DNA of 64,000 nt, from NCBI GenBank assembly GCA_041615815.1, contig JBFJCP010000004.1, positions 106,140 through 170,139 on the forward strand. Direction: 5' to 3'. Origin of the DNA: Gemmatimonadales bacterium. Lineage in GTDB: Bacteria > Gemmatimonadota > Gemmatimonadetes > Gemmatimonadales > GWC2-71-9. Of this stretch, positions 38,008 to 47,867 are shown in pieces. The notes below the pieces were generated by a model, which saw only the letters and a list, made by a program, of their open reading frames with translations, did not search any database and was not told where the DNA came from. The translations under genes and the position numbers were made by a program. Position 1 is the stretch's first letter. Every line of letters begins with the position of its first letter.

Positions 38008-40452
38008 GTGTCGCTGGTGATCACGAACTTGCGAGTGGCTCTGCGCAGTCTCGGCAAACGCCCGCTCTTTGCAGCGGTGGCACTCACGACGATCGCCGTG
38101 GGCATCGCCGCGAACACGGCCATCTTCGGCGTGGTGCATGCGGTGCTGCTCGAGCCGCTCCCGTACGAGGATCCGGGCCGGTTAGCGACCCTCGACGTCA
38201 AGGCGCCGACGGGATTCTACATCTCGACGTCGATTCCCAACTTCGAAGACTGGCGCGACCGGAATCGGGTGTTCGAAACGTTCGGCGCCTCGGCTGGCTG
38301 GGGGATGGTGATGACGGGGAGGGGGCCGGCCGAGGTGTTGAACCTTCGGGCGGTGCTGGGCGAGTTCTTCGAGACGCTCGGCGTGGCGCCGGCGCTGGGG
38401 CGCATCGTGCCGGCCGCGGAAACCGGGCCGGGTGCGCCGGCCGTGGTGGTGCTAGGACACGGCTTCTGGCAGCGGCAGTTCGGTGCCCAGGGCGACGCGC
38501 TGGGGCAAACACTCGTGCTCGATAATCAGCCATACCAAATCGTGGGGGTGATGCCGCGGGGGTTCGGATATCCGTCCGCGGACGTGGAGGCGTATTTCCC
38601 CATGGGCTCCCTGGCGTCCGACCTGCCGTGGACCGATCGAGACAGCAGTTTCGGAACGCGCATCGTAGCGCGGCTTTCAGTTGGGACCACCCTCGAGCAG
38701 GCCGCGGCGGACATGCAACGGGTGGGCCGGGAGGTTCAGGAACTCGAGGGGAGAGCGGTTCCCCAGCCGGAAGTTCGCGCGCTGACCGATCTCCTCGTAG
38801 GCGACGTGCGTCTGCAGCTCTGGGTCGTGATGGGAGCCGTGGCGTTCGTGCTCCTCATCGTTTGCGCCAACGTCGCCAATCTGCTGCTTGCTCGTGGCGA
38901 AGATCGTCGCCGTGAGATGGCCGTGCGGACCGCGCTCGGCGCCCATCGGAAAGCAATCGTGAGCCAGCTCCTCGTGGAGAGCATGGCGATCGCTACCATA
39001 GGCGGTCTGTTGGGCGTGGTGCTCGCCGCTCCAGCGATGCGGCTCGTCATCCCATTCCTTCCAGGCGGCATCCCCGCGGCCTTGGTGGACCGGATCTCTC
39101 TGAGCGGCGGCGTGCTGCTGTTCGGCGTTGCCCTCTCACTCGTAACCGGTCTGGTGTTTGGACTCCTGCCGGCATTTCGCATCTCTCAACTCAATCCCAT
39201 TGGTGAGTTGCGGGCCGCTGGTCACGCGGACGAGCGCGTCCGTCACCGGATGCGGTCGGCATTGGTGGTGGCTGAGGTCGCCGTGGCACTCGTGCTGCTG
39301 ATTGGGGCCGGACTCATGGTACAGAGCCTTGGTAGGCTCCGTGCCGTGGAAAAGGGATTCGATGCCGAGAATGTGCTGACCGCCCGAATCGGGCTTCCCG
39401 ATGAACGGTATTCGGATCGCGACCGGTGGCTGCGGTTCTTCGAGCAGCTGCTTCCCCGTGCGGAAGCGCTGCCGGGTGTTCGCGCCGCGGCCGTGAGCCT
39501 GCTCCTTCCCCTCAGCGACCGCTCGTGGGAGATGCGGATCGTTCCGGAGGGAGTGCCGGTTCAGCGAGAGACCGCTGAGTCGGTGCTGTTCGGTATCGTG
39601 TCGCCCAGGTACTTCGAGGCGCTCGGAGTGCCTATCCTTCAGGGCCGCTCGTTTGCTCCGTCCGATCGCGATGAGACGGAGCTGGTGGCGATCATCGACG
39701 AGACCATGGCCGAACGATTCTGGCCAGGTGAGAACCCCATCGGGAAACGCGTCGCGTTCGAGCTCGAAGAAGGGAGTAGCTGGGACGATCCGGTTCCGGT
39801 CTACCGGACGGTCGTCGGCGTGGCGAAGAACGTCCGTCATTATGCATTGGCCAGTCCGTCGCGCATACAGGTCTATATCCCCTACACACAGCCGCAGCGC
39901 TTTGCGGGTGTGGGTCTCAACGTGCTCCTCAAGACAACCGTCCCAGCCACGTCTTTGGTCGAGCCATTGCGGCAAGAGGTGGTGGCGCTCGATCCGGACG
40001 TACCCATCTACCGAGTGACCACGATGGGGCAGTACGTGGACCGGGCGCTGTCAGGGAGCCGCTCCATGAGCGGCATCCTGGTGGTGTTCGGCATCGTGGC
40101 ACTCTTGCTGGCGGCGGTCGGGATCTTCGGGGTGATGTCGTACTCCGTAGTTCAACGGACCCGGGAGATCGGTATCCGCATGGCCATGGGGGCACGTGGA
40201 GAGGATGTAGTGCGGTGGATAGCAGGGCAGGGTGCCATGCTGGGACTCATCGGGATCGCATTTGGACTCCTCGCGGCGCTCGCCCTGATGCGGGTGCTCG
40301 CCGGCTTGTTGTTCGAAGTGGGGACGATCGAGCCCCTGACGTACGCGGGCGTGGCGCTCGTGCTTCTCGCCGTCGCGACGTTGGCCGCCTATCTGCCGGC
40401 ACGACGCGCGACGCGAGTGGATCCGGTGACGGTGCTCAAATCAGATGGCTAG
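38008..40452 (+). CDS. Duplicated orphan ABC permease (ADOP / MacB-FtsX x2)
   Basis: 'GIAANTAIF.VV..VLL.PLPY', 'VLLIVCANVANLLLARG..R.RE.A.R.ALGA', 'YSV.QRTREIGIRMA.GA', 'PARRATRVDP'. Confidence 0.93.
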   Translation: MSLVITNLRVALRSLGKRPLFAAVALTTIAVGIAANTAIFGVVHAVLLEPLPYEDPGRLATLDVKAPTGFYISTSIPNFEDWRDRNRVFETFGASAGWGMVMTGRGPAEVLNLRAVLGEFFETLGVAPALGRIVPAAETGPGAPAVVVLGHGFWQRQFGAQGDALGQTLVLDNQPYQIVGVMPRGFGYPSADVEAYFPMGSLASDLPWTDRDSSFGTRIVARLSVGTTLEQAAADMQRVGREVQELEGRAVPQPEVRALTDLLVGDVRLQLWVVMGAVAFVLLIVCANVANLLLARGEDRRREMAVRTALGAHRKAIVSQLLVESMAIATIGGLLGVVLAAPAMRLVIPFLPGGIPAALVDRISLSGGVLLFGVALSLVTGLVFGLLPAFRISQLNPIGELRAAGHADERVRHRMRSALVVAEVAVALVLLIGAGLMVQSLGRLRAVEKGFDAENVLTARIGLPDERYSDRDRWLRFFEQLLPRAEALPGVRAAAVSLLLPLSDRSWEMRIVPEGVPVQRETAESVLFGIVSPRYFEALGVPILQGRSFAPSDRDETELVAIIDETMAERFWPGENPIGKRVAFELEEGSSWDDPVPVYRTVVGVAKNVRHYALASPSRIQVYIPYTQPQRFAGVGLNVLLKTTVPATSLVEPLRQEVVALDPDVPIYRVTTMGQYVDRALSGSRSMSGILVVFGIVALLLAAVGIFGVMSYSVVQRTREIGIRMAMGARGEDVVRWIAGQGAMLGLIGIAFGLLAALALMRVLAGLLFEVGTIEPLTYAGVALVLLAVATLAAYLPARRATRVDPVTVLKSDG

Positions 40453-40531
40453 CAGGGAGGACACAGGGCAGAACGGCGATGGCAGCGTGTAGCATACCGA
40501 TCGATGAGCGAAAGGGTGGAGCGTAGGACCC

Positions 40532-41077
40532 TCAGCCTCGTTTCCGCGTCCATGCGTCTCGCCGAGCCTCCTGCCACTGTCCGTCCTGTTGGATGTAGGT
40601 GATGGTGAGCATGCGATTGGGAGCGAGCAGGACAGCCTCGTCGCGGATGAGGGAGCGCCCGCCCTGATTGGTATAGCCGGTGTAGGCCGTCACCACGGTA
40701 CTGTCGTTGGTTCGATACACTCGACCCTTGTCGGCGCGTCGGCCCAGGATGTAGTAGGCGTGGAAGAACGTCGTCTGGGTCGCTACGTCCCACCCCTTGA
40801 AGCCCTCTGCCATCACACGCTCGCTACCGTCGGCCAGAACCTGGCTGATGGTCATCTTGGCGACGGTCCGATATCGGTCGACCCACTCCAGGCGGTACCC
40901 GAAACGAAACCGGTCCCCGTTTGACCCTTCGAGTTTCTCGGTAACCCAAGAGCCCATGAACGGTTCGAGTGCGACGATTCCCAGTGAGTCACCGGGAGGG
41001 GGTGAGGGGGCCTGAGCGACTCCCACCACGGGCAGGCACGCGCAGAGGCCGAACACGGCAACGCGGACGAAATGCAT
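40532..41077 (-). CDS. Secreted hypothetical beta-rich protein
   Basis: Signal peptide; 'LEPFMGSW' start typical of lipocalin-like beta barrels. Confidence 0.65.
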   Translation of the reverse strand: MHFVRVAVFGLCACLPVVGVAQAPSPPPGDSLGIVALEPFMGSWVTEKLEGSNGDRFRFGYRLEWVDRYRTVAKMTISQVLADGSERVMAEGFKGWDVATQTTFFHAYYILGRRADKGRVYRTNDSTVVTAYTGYTNQGGRSLIRDEAVLLAPNRMLTITYIQQDGQWQEARRDAWTRKRG

Positions 41078-41154
41078 TGGCGTCACCTGAGAATATGGAG
41101 TTGACAATCGAGCTACGGAATCTCCTCTTGCGAGCTACGACCAAAGCCCCGACC

Positions 41155-41204
41155 TCCCTAAACCCTAACCTCTATTTCCCTAACCACTAGCCCCTAACCC
41201 CTCG
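41155..41204. repeat. Degenerate tandem heptamer array (consensus CCCCTAA)
   Basis: TCCCTAA ACCCTAA CCTCTAT (T) TCCCTAA CCACTAG CCCCTAA CCCCTCG. Confidence 0.65.
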
Positions 41205-41222
41205 ACCGCTCACCTTTCGTCC

Positions 41223-42851
41223 ATGTCTCCCCTCCTTGCGGTGCTGATGCTCCAGATCGGCCAGGTGGATTCGGCGCTGGCCGTTGTGGACGACGTGATC
41301 CGGGGCCACGTGAACATCTTGCAGTACGACATCGCGGTCTCGATTCCCGATGTGGGTAAGGCGATCACCGCCACCACGACCATTCGGTACCTGCAAAGCG
41401 CGTCCGACGGTGTACTCAGGCTGGACTTCGATCCACGTCTCAGCGTGGATTCGGTTCGGATGGGTCGCATGCTTCGCGTGCGGCTCGCTCCCGGACGGGA
41501 TTGGCAGCGCGGGCCGGATGGGGGAGTCACGATTCGTCGATGGGGTCGCGAGGGCGAGACGGCAACGGTCGCGGTGTTCTATCACGGATCCCCAGCCGAT
41601 GGGCTATTCATCCAGGACAACGTGCATGGAGCCCGCACCGCCTTCGCCGACAACTGGCCCAACCGGGCACGCCATTGGTTTCCTGCCATCGACCATCCGA
41701 GCGACAAAGCGAGCGTGGCGTTTCACGTGGAGGTGCCGGCGGGCTGGCGAGCGATCGCTAACGGCGTGCTCTCTGGGGTCGATACCTTGGCTAATGGCCG
41801 CACCACGTGGCACTGGAGCGAACGCCGCGCGATTCCGGTGTACACCATGGTGGTCGGCGCCGGGCGGATGGCGGTGACGGAACTAGGGTCGCCCGCGGGC
41901 GTGCCCCACACGCTGTGGACCTTTCCCGAGGACTCGGTGTTCGCCGCGGCACAGCCGTTTGCGCGCGCGAACCTGATATTGGAAACGCTGACCAAGGCGT
42001 TCGGCCCTTTCCCCTATCAAAAGCTGGCCCACGTGGAGTCTTCGACGCGGTTCGGAGGGATGGAGAACAGCTCGGCCATCTTTTACACGGAGCGTGGGTA
42101 CGCCAGCCGCGAGATGGGCGAGGGCCTTGTGGTGCACGAGACGGCGCATCAGTGGTTTGGCGACGCCGTCACGGAGTACGATTGGCATCATCTGTGGTTG
42201 TCCGAGGGGTTTGCCACCTATCTCACTGCGTTCTTCTACGAGCTCATCGGCGAGCACGACACGTTTCGCGAGCGCCTCCGGGACAACAGACAGCGGTACA
42301 TGGAATCGGAGGTGGTGGACAAGCCCGTGATCGACACCACCGAGCAGGATCTCTTCGGTTTACTGAATGCCAACAACTATCCCAAGGGCGGCTGGATCCT
42401 CCACATGTTACGCCGTGAGGTTGGCGACTCGACGTTCGTGCGAAGCTTGCGTGAGTTCTACGAGACGTATCGCGACTCGACGGCACTCACCAGCGACTTC
42501 GCCGCGATCGTGGAGCGCCAGGCGAACCGCGAGCTGGATTGGTTCTTTCGGCAGTGGCTGCTCCAGCCGGGCTATCCCAAACTCGGCGTCGCATGGACGT
42601 TCGACGAGACTCAGCGGGTGCTGACCGTGAGTGTACGACAGGTGCAGCCGCCGGAGTGGGGTCGGTATCGGATGGCGTTGCCCATCCGGCTTCGATTTGC
42701 GGACGGTGGTCAGATGGACGTCCCGGTGCCGCTCGAGGGTGCTGACGTCTCGGCGACGTATACCGGCGTGTCGGGGCGGCCGGTGGCTGTGGAGGTCGAT
42801 CCGGAGGGGGATCTGCTCCTCGAGGTGGTGGTGAGCGAGGGTACGGATTAG
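41223..42851 (+). CDS. M1 family aminopeptidase
   Basis: 'GGMEN', 'VHETAHQWFGD', 'WLSEGFATY', 'YPKGGWILHMLR'. Confidence 0.95.
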   Translation: MSPLLAVLMLQIGQVDSALAVVDDVIRGHVNILQYDIAVSIPDVGKAITATTTIRYLQSASDGVLRLDFDPRLSVDSVRMGRMLRVRLAPGRDWQRGPDGGVTIRRWGREGETATVAVFYHGSPADGLFIQDNVHGARTAFADNWPNRARHWFPAIDHPSDKASVAFHVEVPAGWRAIANGVLSGVDTLANGRTTWHWSERRAIPVYTMVVGAGRMAVTELGSPAGVPHTLWTFPEDSVFAAAQPFARANLILETLTKAFGPFPYQKLAHVESSTRFGGMENSSAIFYTERGYASREMGEGLVVHETAHQWFGDAVTEYDWHHLWLSEGFATYLTAFFYELIGEHDTFRERLRDNRQRYMESEVVDKPVIDTTEQDLFGLLNANNYPKGGWILHMLRREVGDSTFVRSLREFYETYRDSTALTSDFAAIVERQANRELDWFFRQWLLQPGYPKLGVAWTFDETQRVLTVSVRQVQPPEWGRYRMALPIRLRFADGGQMDVPVPLEGADVSATYTGVSGRPVAVEVDPEGDLLLEVVVSEGTD

Positions 42852-42955
42852 GGAATCGCGGCGGGTTCGCTCGCTCGTCGTCCTCGATAAGTCGTTATGT
42901 TCAAATGAGATTCCGCTTTGCACGGGCAGCGGGGTCGTACATGCGTGAGTCAGTG

Positions 42956-42984
42956 AGGGACTGTCGAACCGTACGGTCCCTTTT
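42956..42984 (+). terminator. Intrinsic terminator downstream of the M1 peptidase
   Basis: AGGGACTGT...ACGGTCCCT followed by TTT. Confidence 0.6.
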
Positions 42985-43133
42985 GCGTTGGTACGGGCCG
43001 GGAGAGCACAATCGCCCCTATGAGGAGTACGAAGCCCTTGGATGCAACCTCGGCGACGGCCCCTCCGCAGCTGGCTCACGAACATGTCCCCTCAGTTATG
43101 CTCTCCCCGGGCGAAGCCAAGCGCCTGAGGAGC

Positions 43134-43263
43134 CGGCACGTTCCGTAACAATCCTCGGAACGATCCGTTACGTCACTCCTGCTTCAGCTGGCGGGCGGTG
43201 ATCTTGTAAGTCCTTCCCGCCTTTGTCGATTCATCGAGATCGAGCTGCGGTACGCCTTTCGCA
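43134..43263 (+). promoter_or_regulatory. Putative sigma54 promoter with upstream activator site
   Basis: CGGAAC-N5-GTTACG at 43156-43172; GG-N10-GC (CGGTACGCCTTTCGCA) with GG at 43249 and GC at 43261. Confidence 0.55.
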
Positions 43264-43308
43264 AGACGTCTGTCGCGTCCCTTCGGCAGATGAGTGAGGA
43301 AGTGTCCC

Positions 43309-44688
43309 ATGAGCGACGAGACGCCCGTTCGCATCCTCGTCGTCGACGACGATCCCGCCATTCGCGCCTCCGTGGCTGACGCCCTCGGCGGGGAGGCCCT
43401 CGAGATCCTCGTGGCCGCGAACGCCCAAGAGGCACTCGGCCTCCTCGACGCCGGGCCGGACGTCGTCCTGTCCGATGTGAAGATGCCCGGTGTCGGTGGT
43501 TTGGAATTGTTACTGAGCATCAAGGAAAGGGTCCCGTCCGCGGATGTGATTCTTATGACCGCGTACGACAATGTGCCCACCGTCGTGACCGCCATGCGGG
43601 GTGGGGCAGTGGACTTCCTGTGTAAACCGCTGGATCTCCAGGAGCTGCGCCAGGTGATCCAGCGGGTGATCGCGGGGCGCGAACGGTCGAGCGATCACCC
43701 GCGATCGACGGGGAGCACATCCGGTGGCGCACCCTCGTTATCCTCGACGGTCCGTTCAACCGCAAGCGATCCTTCGGAGGCGCTTTGCGCCCGTTTGCGC
43801 CACACCCTCGCTCCGGCTTACCGCGTGGAACGACGACTGGGGAGCGGTGGCACCGCAGTGGTGTTCCTTGCCCAGGACCGCAAGCATGGTCGGCAGGTGG
43901 CCATCAAGGTGTTGCGGCCCGAGCTGGCGGCCTCCGTGGGCAACGACCGCTTTCTGCGGGAGATCCGCATCGCGGCACAGCTCAACCATCCTCACGTGCT
44001 GACGCTGATCGACTCCGGGTCCAGGGGCGGCCTCGTGTACTACGTCATGCCGTTCGTGGATGGTGAATCACTCAGGGAACGGTTGACACGAGAAACCAGA
44101 CTCACGGTCCCGGACGCCGTCAGGCTCCTCATCCAGTTAGCGGATGCACTGAGTGCGGCCCACGCCCAGGGAATCGTCCATCGTGACGTCAAGCCGGAGA
44201 ACGTTCTGCTGGCGGGTCGGCACGCTGTCGTGACGGACTTCGGTGTGGCCAAAGCGATCCACGAAGCGAGCGGTGGCACCGCGACGGCGACCGGGCTGGC
44301 CGTGGGAACACCCGCCTACATGTCGCCAGAGCAGGCTGCGGGAAGTCCCGACATCGACCATCGATCCGACATCTATGGACTCGGCGCCCTGGCCTACGAG
44401 ATGCTGGCCGGGCGGCCGCCGTTTGAAGGGCGCACACTGCAAGCTCTGCTGGCCGCCCACGTCACAGAGCTCCCCACCCCAGTCGGCCGCCACTGTGATG
44501 GGTTGCTCTCCGAGCTCGAGCTTGTCGTCATGCGATGCCTCGCGAAGCACCCCTCTGACCGGTGGCGGACGGCGGACGAGCTCCTGGCTCGGCTCGAGCA
44601 GTTCACCACACCTCCCGGCGGAGTAGCGTCTCCCACCCCGGGTGGCGGCTCTGGCGCCTCCACGTCTCACGGCCCAGACTCAGTGTAG
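43309..44688 (+). CDS. Receiver (REC) domain - Ser/Thr kinase fusion, cytoplasmic
   Basis: REC 'ILVVDDD...LSDVKMPG...MTA...KP'; kinase 'LGSGGTAVV', 'VAIK', 'HRDVKPEN', 'DFG', '[10 protein letters not shown]'; no TM. Confidence 0.92.
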   Translation: MSDETPVRILVVDDDPAIRASVADALGGEALEILVAANAQEALGLLDAGPDVVLSDVKMPGVGGLELLLSIKERVPSADVILMTAYDNVPTVVTAMRGGAVDFLCKPLDLQELRQVIQRVIAGRERSSDHPRSTGSTSGGAPSLSSTVRSTASDPSEALCARLRHTLAPAYRVERRLGSGGTAVVFLAQDRKHGRQVAIKVLRPELAASVGNDRFLREIRIAAQLNHPHVLTLIDSGSRGGLVYYVMPFVDGESLRERLTRETRLTVPDAVRLLIQLADALSAAHAQGIVHRDVKPENVLLAGRHAVVTDFGVAKAIHEASGGTATATGLAVGTPAYMSPEQAAGSPDIDHRSDIYGLGALAYEMLAGRPPFEGRTLQALLAAHVTELPTPVGRHCDGLLSELELVVMRCLAKHPSDRWRTADELLARLEQFTTPPGGVASPTPGGGSGASTSHGPDSV

Positions 44689-44701
44689 AGGACCACTTCT
44701 C

Positions 44702-46033
44702 ATGCCTGCCCGCATCCTCGTCGTTGACGACGATCCGACCATCCGCACCTCGCTGGTGGAAGCGCTGAGCAGCGACCGTGTCGACGTGCAGGTCGCCGAG
44801 AGCGCGGAAGCGGCGCTGGCGTTGCTCAAGAACGGGGTCCCTGACCTCGTCTTGTCCGATGTCCGAATGCCGGGCTTGAGCGGCCTCGAGCTGCTGGAAC
44901 TCCTCCAGGAGCGGGCCGCCGAAGCGGATGTCATCATGATGACCGCGTTCGACGACATGCCCACGGTGGTCCGAGCAATGCGGGAGGGCGCAGCCGATTT
45001 TCTGTCCAAGCCGCTGGACCTGCACGAGCTCAGGCGCGTGGTCCATCGGGTGCTCGGGGATCGCCGCACCCGCGAGCGGAGCAGACGTAAAGAAGAGGAC
45101 GAAGCCGCGCCCTACCGATTGGACCAGCTGGTGGGTCGAGATCCTCGCATGATCCAGATCTACAAGCTGGTGGGGCAGCTCGCCGCCAACCGGGCCAACG
45201 TCCTCATCAGGGGCGAGACGGGGACGGGCAAGGAGCTGATCGCCCGTGCGATTCATTATAACGCGCCCGAGGCAGCCGATCCGTTTCTTCCCATCAATTG
45301 CACGGCGCTGCCGGAGACGCTGTTGGAATCCGAGTTGTTTGGTCACGTGAAGGGGGCGTTCACGGGTGCGGTGGCCGATCGCCGGGGCCGGTTCGCGCTG
45401 GCAGGGAAGGGGACGGTATTTCTGGACGAGATCGGCGATACGGCCCCGGAGTTCCAGAGCAAGCTGCTGCGGGTGCTGGAAGATCGGGAGTTCTACCCCG
45501 TAGGAGCCGAGGTGGCCGAGCGTACCGAGGCGCGGGTGATCGCAGCGACCCATCGCCATCTGGAGGAGCGAATTGCAGAAGGCGCGTTCCGGGAGGATCT
45601 CTACTATCGGTTGCGTGTGGTAGAGATCGTGGTACCGCCTCTGCGCGAGCGGCTCGTGGATCTGCCTGCGCTCGCGGAACACCTGGTTCGCCGCGTCGCG
45701 GAAGAGTTCCATCGCTTGCCGCCGGTGTTGTCCCGGGAGGCTTCTGACGTCCTGCTCCAGCACGAGTGGCCCGGGAACGTCCGTGAGCTGGAGAACACCC
45801 TGACGCGGGCCGTGGTACTTGCCACGGGCGATGTCATCCGGCCCGAGCATCTCGTGCTCGCTCAACGGAGTGCGCAGCCGCCGGACCAGCTGCTGTCCCT
45901 CTCGGATCTTGAACGCCAGCACGTCGGACGCGTGCTCGAGGCAACCCGAGGGAACAAGACCAGGGCCGCCGAGATCCTCGGCGTGTCCCGGCCTCGGCTC
46001 AACCGTATGCTCAACAAGTACGGGATGGAGTAG
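44702..46033 (+). CDS. Sigma54-dependent response regulator (NtrC family)
   Basis: REC; 'GETGTGKE', '[15 protein letters not shown]', 'FLDEIG', 'FREDLYYRL', '[10 protein letters not shown]'; Fis-type HTH. Confidence 0.96.
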   Translation: MPARILVVDDDPTIRTSLVEALSSDRVDVQVAESAEAALALLKNGVPDLVLSDVRMPGLSGLELLELLQERAAEADVIMMTAFDDMPTVVRAMREGAADFLSKPLDLHELRRVVHRVLGDRRTRERSRRKEEDEAAPYRLDQLVGRDPRMIQIYKLVGQLAANRANVLIRGETGTGKELIARAIHYNAPEAADPFLPINCTALPETLLESELFGHVKGAFTGAVADRRGRFALAGKGTVFLDEIGDTAPEFQSKLLRVLEDREFYPVGAEVAERTEARVIAATHRHLEERIAEGAFREDLYYRLRVVEIVVPPLRERLVDLPALAEHLVRRVAEEFHRLPPVLSREASDVLLQHEWPGNVRELENTLTRAVVLATGDVIRPEHLVLAQRSAQPPDQLLSLSDLERQHVGRVLEATRGNKTRAAEILGVSRPRLNRMLNKYGME

Positions 46034-46038
46034 CCGCC

Positions 46039-47688
46039 ATGTGGCGCCCGCCGTCGCTCACCCTGCGAACGAAGTTCGTGCTCGTGGTTCTCCTGGGGGC
46101 AGTGCTGCCACTAGGGCTCGTGGGCTATTGGCTCACCCAAGCTACGGAGCGTTCGGGTGAAGAGTTACTGCGAGGTCGTTTGGAAGAAACGTTGGATCGC
46201 CTGGTCCGCGACATGGGGGTGAAATGGGCGGGTCTGCGTTCGAATTTGCTCGACCTCGCGGAACATCCCGCCGTGCTCAATGCGGTGTACGAGCCCGGCG
46301 CCGCCGAGGTCCGAGTTCCCATCGACCTCCGACGGCTCTACTCGCGGCTTCAGGATGACATCACCCAGGTCACGCTCCGCGATACTGCCGGAGCAGTTGT
46401 AGTGGAGCTGGCCGCCGATTACGGACCGTCATCCTACCGCACCCGCGCCATCGGCCCCACGCTGCCGGTGGAGATCGATTTCCACGCCCCGGTTTCCGGC
46501 ACGCGTCTGGGAACGGTGGAAGCGCGGATCGCGGTGAACAGCCTCCTCGGGAGCGGTCAGATGGGGGTTGCGAGCTCGGTCCTGGCGGTGTTCGACGCCA
46601 GTGGGGCACCGGTACTGCCCGTCAGTGTCGATCCGGCCGTGGTGCGTCAGCCCCGGTTTGCTTGGGCGGACGAACCCTGGGTCGGGGTGCGCCGCGTTGT
46701 GAGCGACCCGCCAGTGGAGCTCGTCTTGGTAGCGCCAGCCGGTCCCTTCAAGCAGCCGTTCGCCGAGGCCACTCGGCGGGGCACCCTGGCCCTCTTGGTC
46801 GTGACACTCGGGAGCCTCGCGGTGGTGATGGTGCTGACGGCGCGGATCACGCGCTCCTTGCGGCGTCTCGCCCACGCGGCCGATGCCGTCGCGGGCGGCG
46901 ATCTCGACCAGAGGCTTTCTGCTGAAGGTGGGCGCGAGCTGTCGCGGGTCGCTCGAGCGTTCAACGCCATGACCGAAAACCTGCGACGCACGCTGCGCAG
47001 GCTGACGCAACAGGAATCGCTGGCAGCGGTGGGGGAGTTTGCGGCCTCCCTCGCCCACGAGGTCCGGAATCCCTTGTCGTCGATACGACTGGACCTTCAG
47101 CTCGCACAGGAGAAGACCGCCGATCCCGGCGCCGGCGAGCTGGTGGGCCGGGCCCTGCGCACCGTCGAACGCCTCAACACCACCGTGACCGGAGCCCTCC
47201 AGGTGGCGCGAAGTGGTCGGATCCGCCGAGAGCCCCTCGAGCTGACGACAGTTATCGAGGGGGCCATGCATGGCGCGGCTCCGGAATTCGACAAGCGTGG
47301 CGTGCGGCTTGATGCATCGCTGAATGGTGCCGGATCCGTCGAGATGGTGGGAGACGCGGCGGCGCTCGAGCAGGTGTTCCTGAACCTGTTGCTGAATGCA
47401 GCCCAAGCGATGGAAGGTGAGGGTGAGGCGCGGATGCGACTCCGGCGAGACGGCCAAACCGTGATGGTATCGGTAGAAGATGAGGGAGCCGGTATCCCGG
47501 ATGACGTCCGTTCGATGATCTTCGAGCCGTTCTTCTCCACCAAGAGCGAGGGCACCGGGCTCGGCTTGGCCACCGTGCAGCGTATCGTGGCTGCCCACGG
47601 AGGCGAGGTGACGGTGGAGAGTCTCGAGGGGGGAGGCACCATCGTGACCGTCCGACTGCCGGCTCGGGTGCCAGACGTAACGGCGTGA
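46039..47688 (+). CDS. Membrane sensor histidine kinase (HAMP)
   Basis: Two TM helices, HAMP, 'LAHEVRNPL', 'NLLLNAAQA', 'DEGAGI', 'FEPFFSTK..GTGLGL'. Confidence 0.95.
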   Translation: MWRPPSLTLRTKFVLVVLLGAVLPLGLVGYWLTQATERSGEELLRGRLEETLDRLVRDMGVKWAGLRSNLLDLAEHPAVLNAVYEPGAAEVRVPIDLRRLYSRLQDDITQVTLRDTAGAVVVELAADYGPSSYRTRAIGPTLPVEIDFHAPVSGTRLGTVEARIAVNSLLGSGQMGVASSVLAVFDASGAPVLPVSVDPAVVRQPRFAWADEPWVGVRRVVSDPPVELVLVAPAGPFKQPFAEATRRGTLALLVVTLGSLAVVMVLTARITRSLRRLAHAADAVAGGDLDQRLSAEGGRELSRVARAFNAMTENLRRTLRRLTQQESLAAVGEFAASLAHEVRNPLSSIRLDLQLAQEKTADPGAGELVGRALRTVERLNTTVTGALQVARSGRIRREPLELTTVIEGAMHGAAPEFDKRGVRLDASLNGAGSVEMVGDAAALEQVFLNLLLNAAQAMEGEGEARMRLRRDGQTVMVSVEDEGAGIPDDVRSMIFEPFFSTKSEGTGLGLATVQRIVAAHGGEVTVESLEGGGTIVTVRLPARVPDVTA

Positions 47689-47696
47689 CGAGGCGT

Positions 47697-47794
47697 CCGT
47701 AACGGAAGGTTACGGCCCGTGCCGACCGCGAAACTCTCAATCCGTTCAGAATCAACTGATTACCGTCGCAGAACACGTGGGCATGGGCCTAGCA
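47697..47794 (+). promoter_or_regulatory. Putative sigma54 promoter with UAS and IHF site
   Basis: Perfect inverted repeat CCGTAAC-N5-GTTACGG 47697-47715; IHF consensus match AATCAACTGATTA 47750-47762; GGCATGGGCCTAGCA (GG-N10-GC) 47780-47794. Confidence 0.65.
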
Positions 47795-47867
47795 TGTTAG
47801 CAAGGCGTGTCGTTAAACGAATCCAACGCCGTAGTGCGACAGCGGAGCCCACAAGGGGGGGATCGAG

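Noticed and set aside
41155..41204. Eukaryotic telomere repeat or contamination (CCCTAA)
   Set aside because: Period is 7 and degenerate, the tract is short, and it sits between typical bacterial genes.
42985..43124. 6S RNA or group II intron domain V
   Set aside because: No large central bubble and no proper domain V/VI motif; kept only as an unassigned hairpin.
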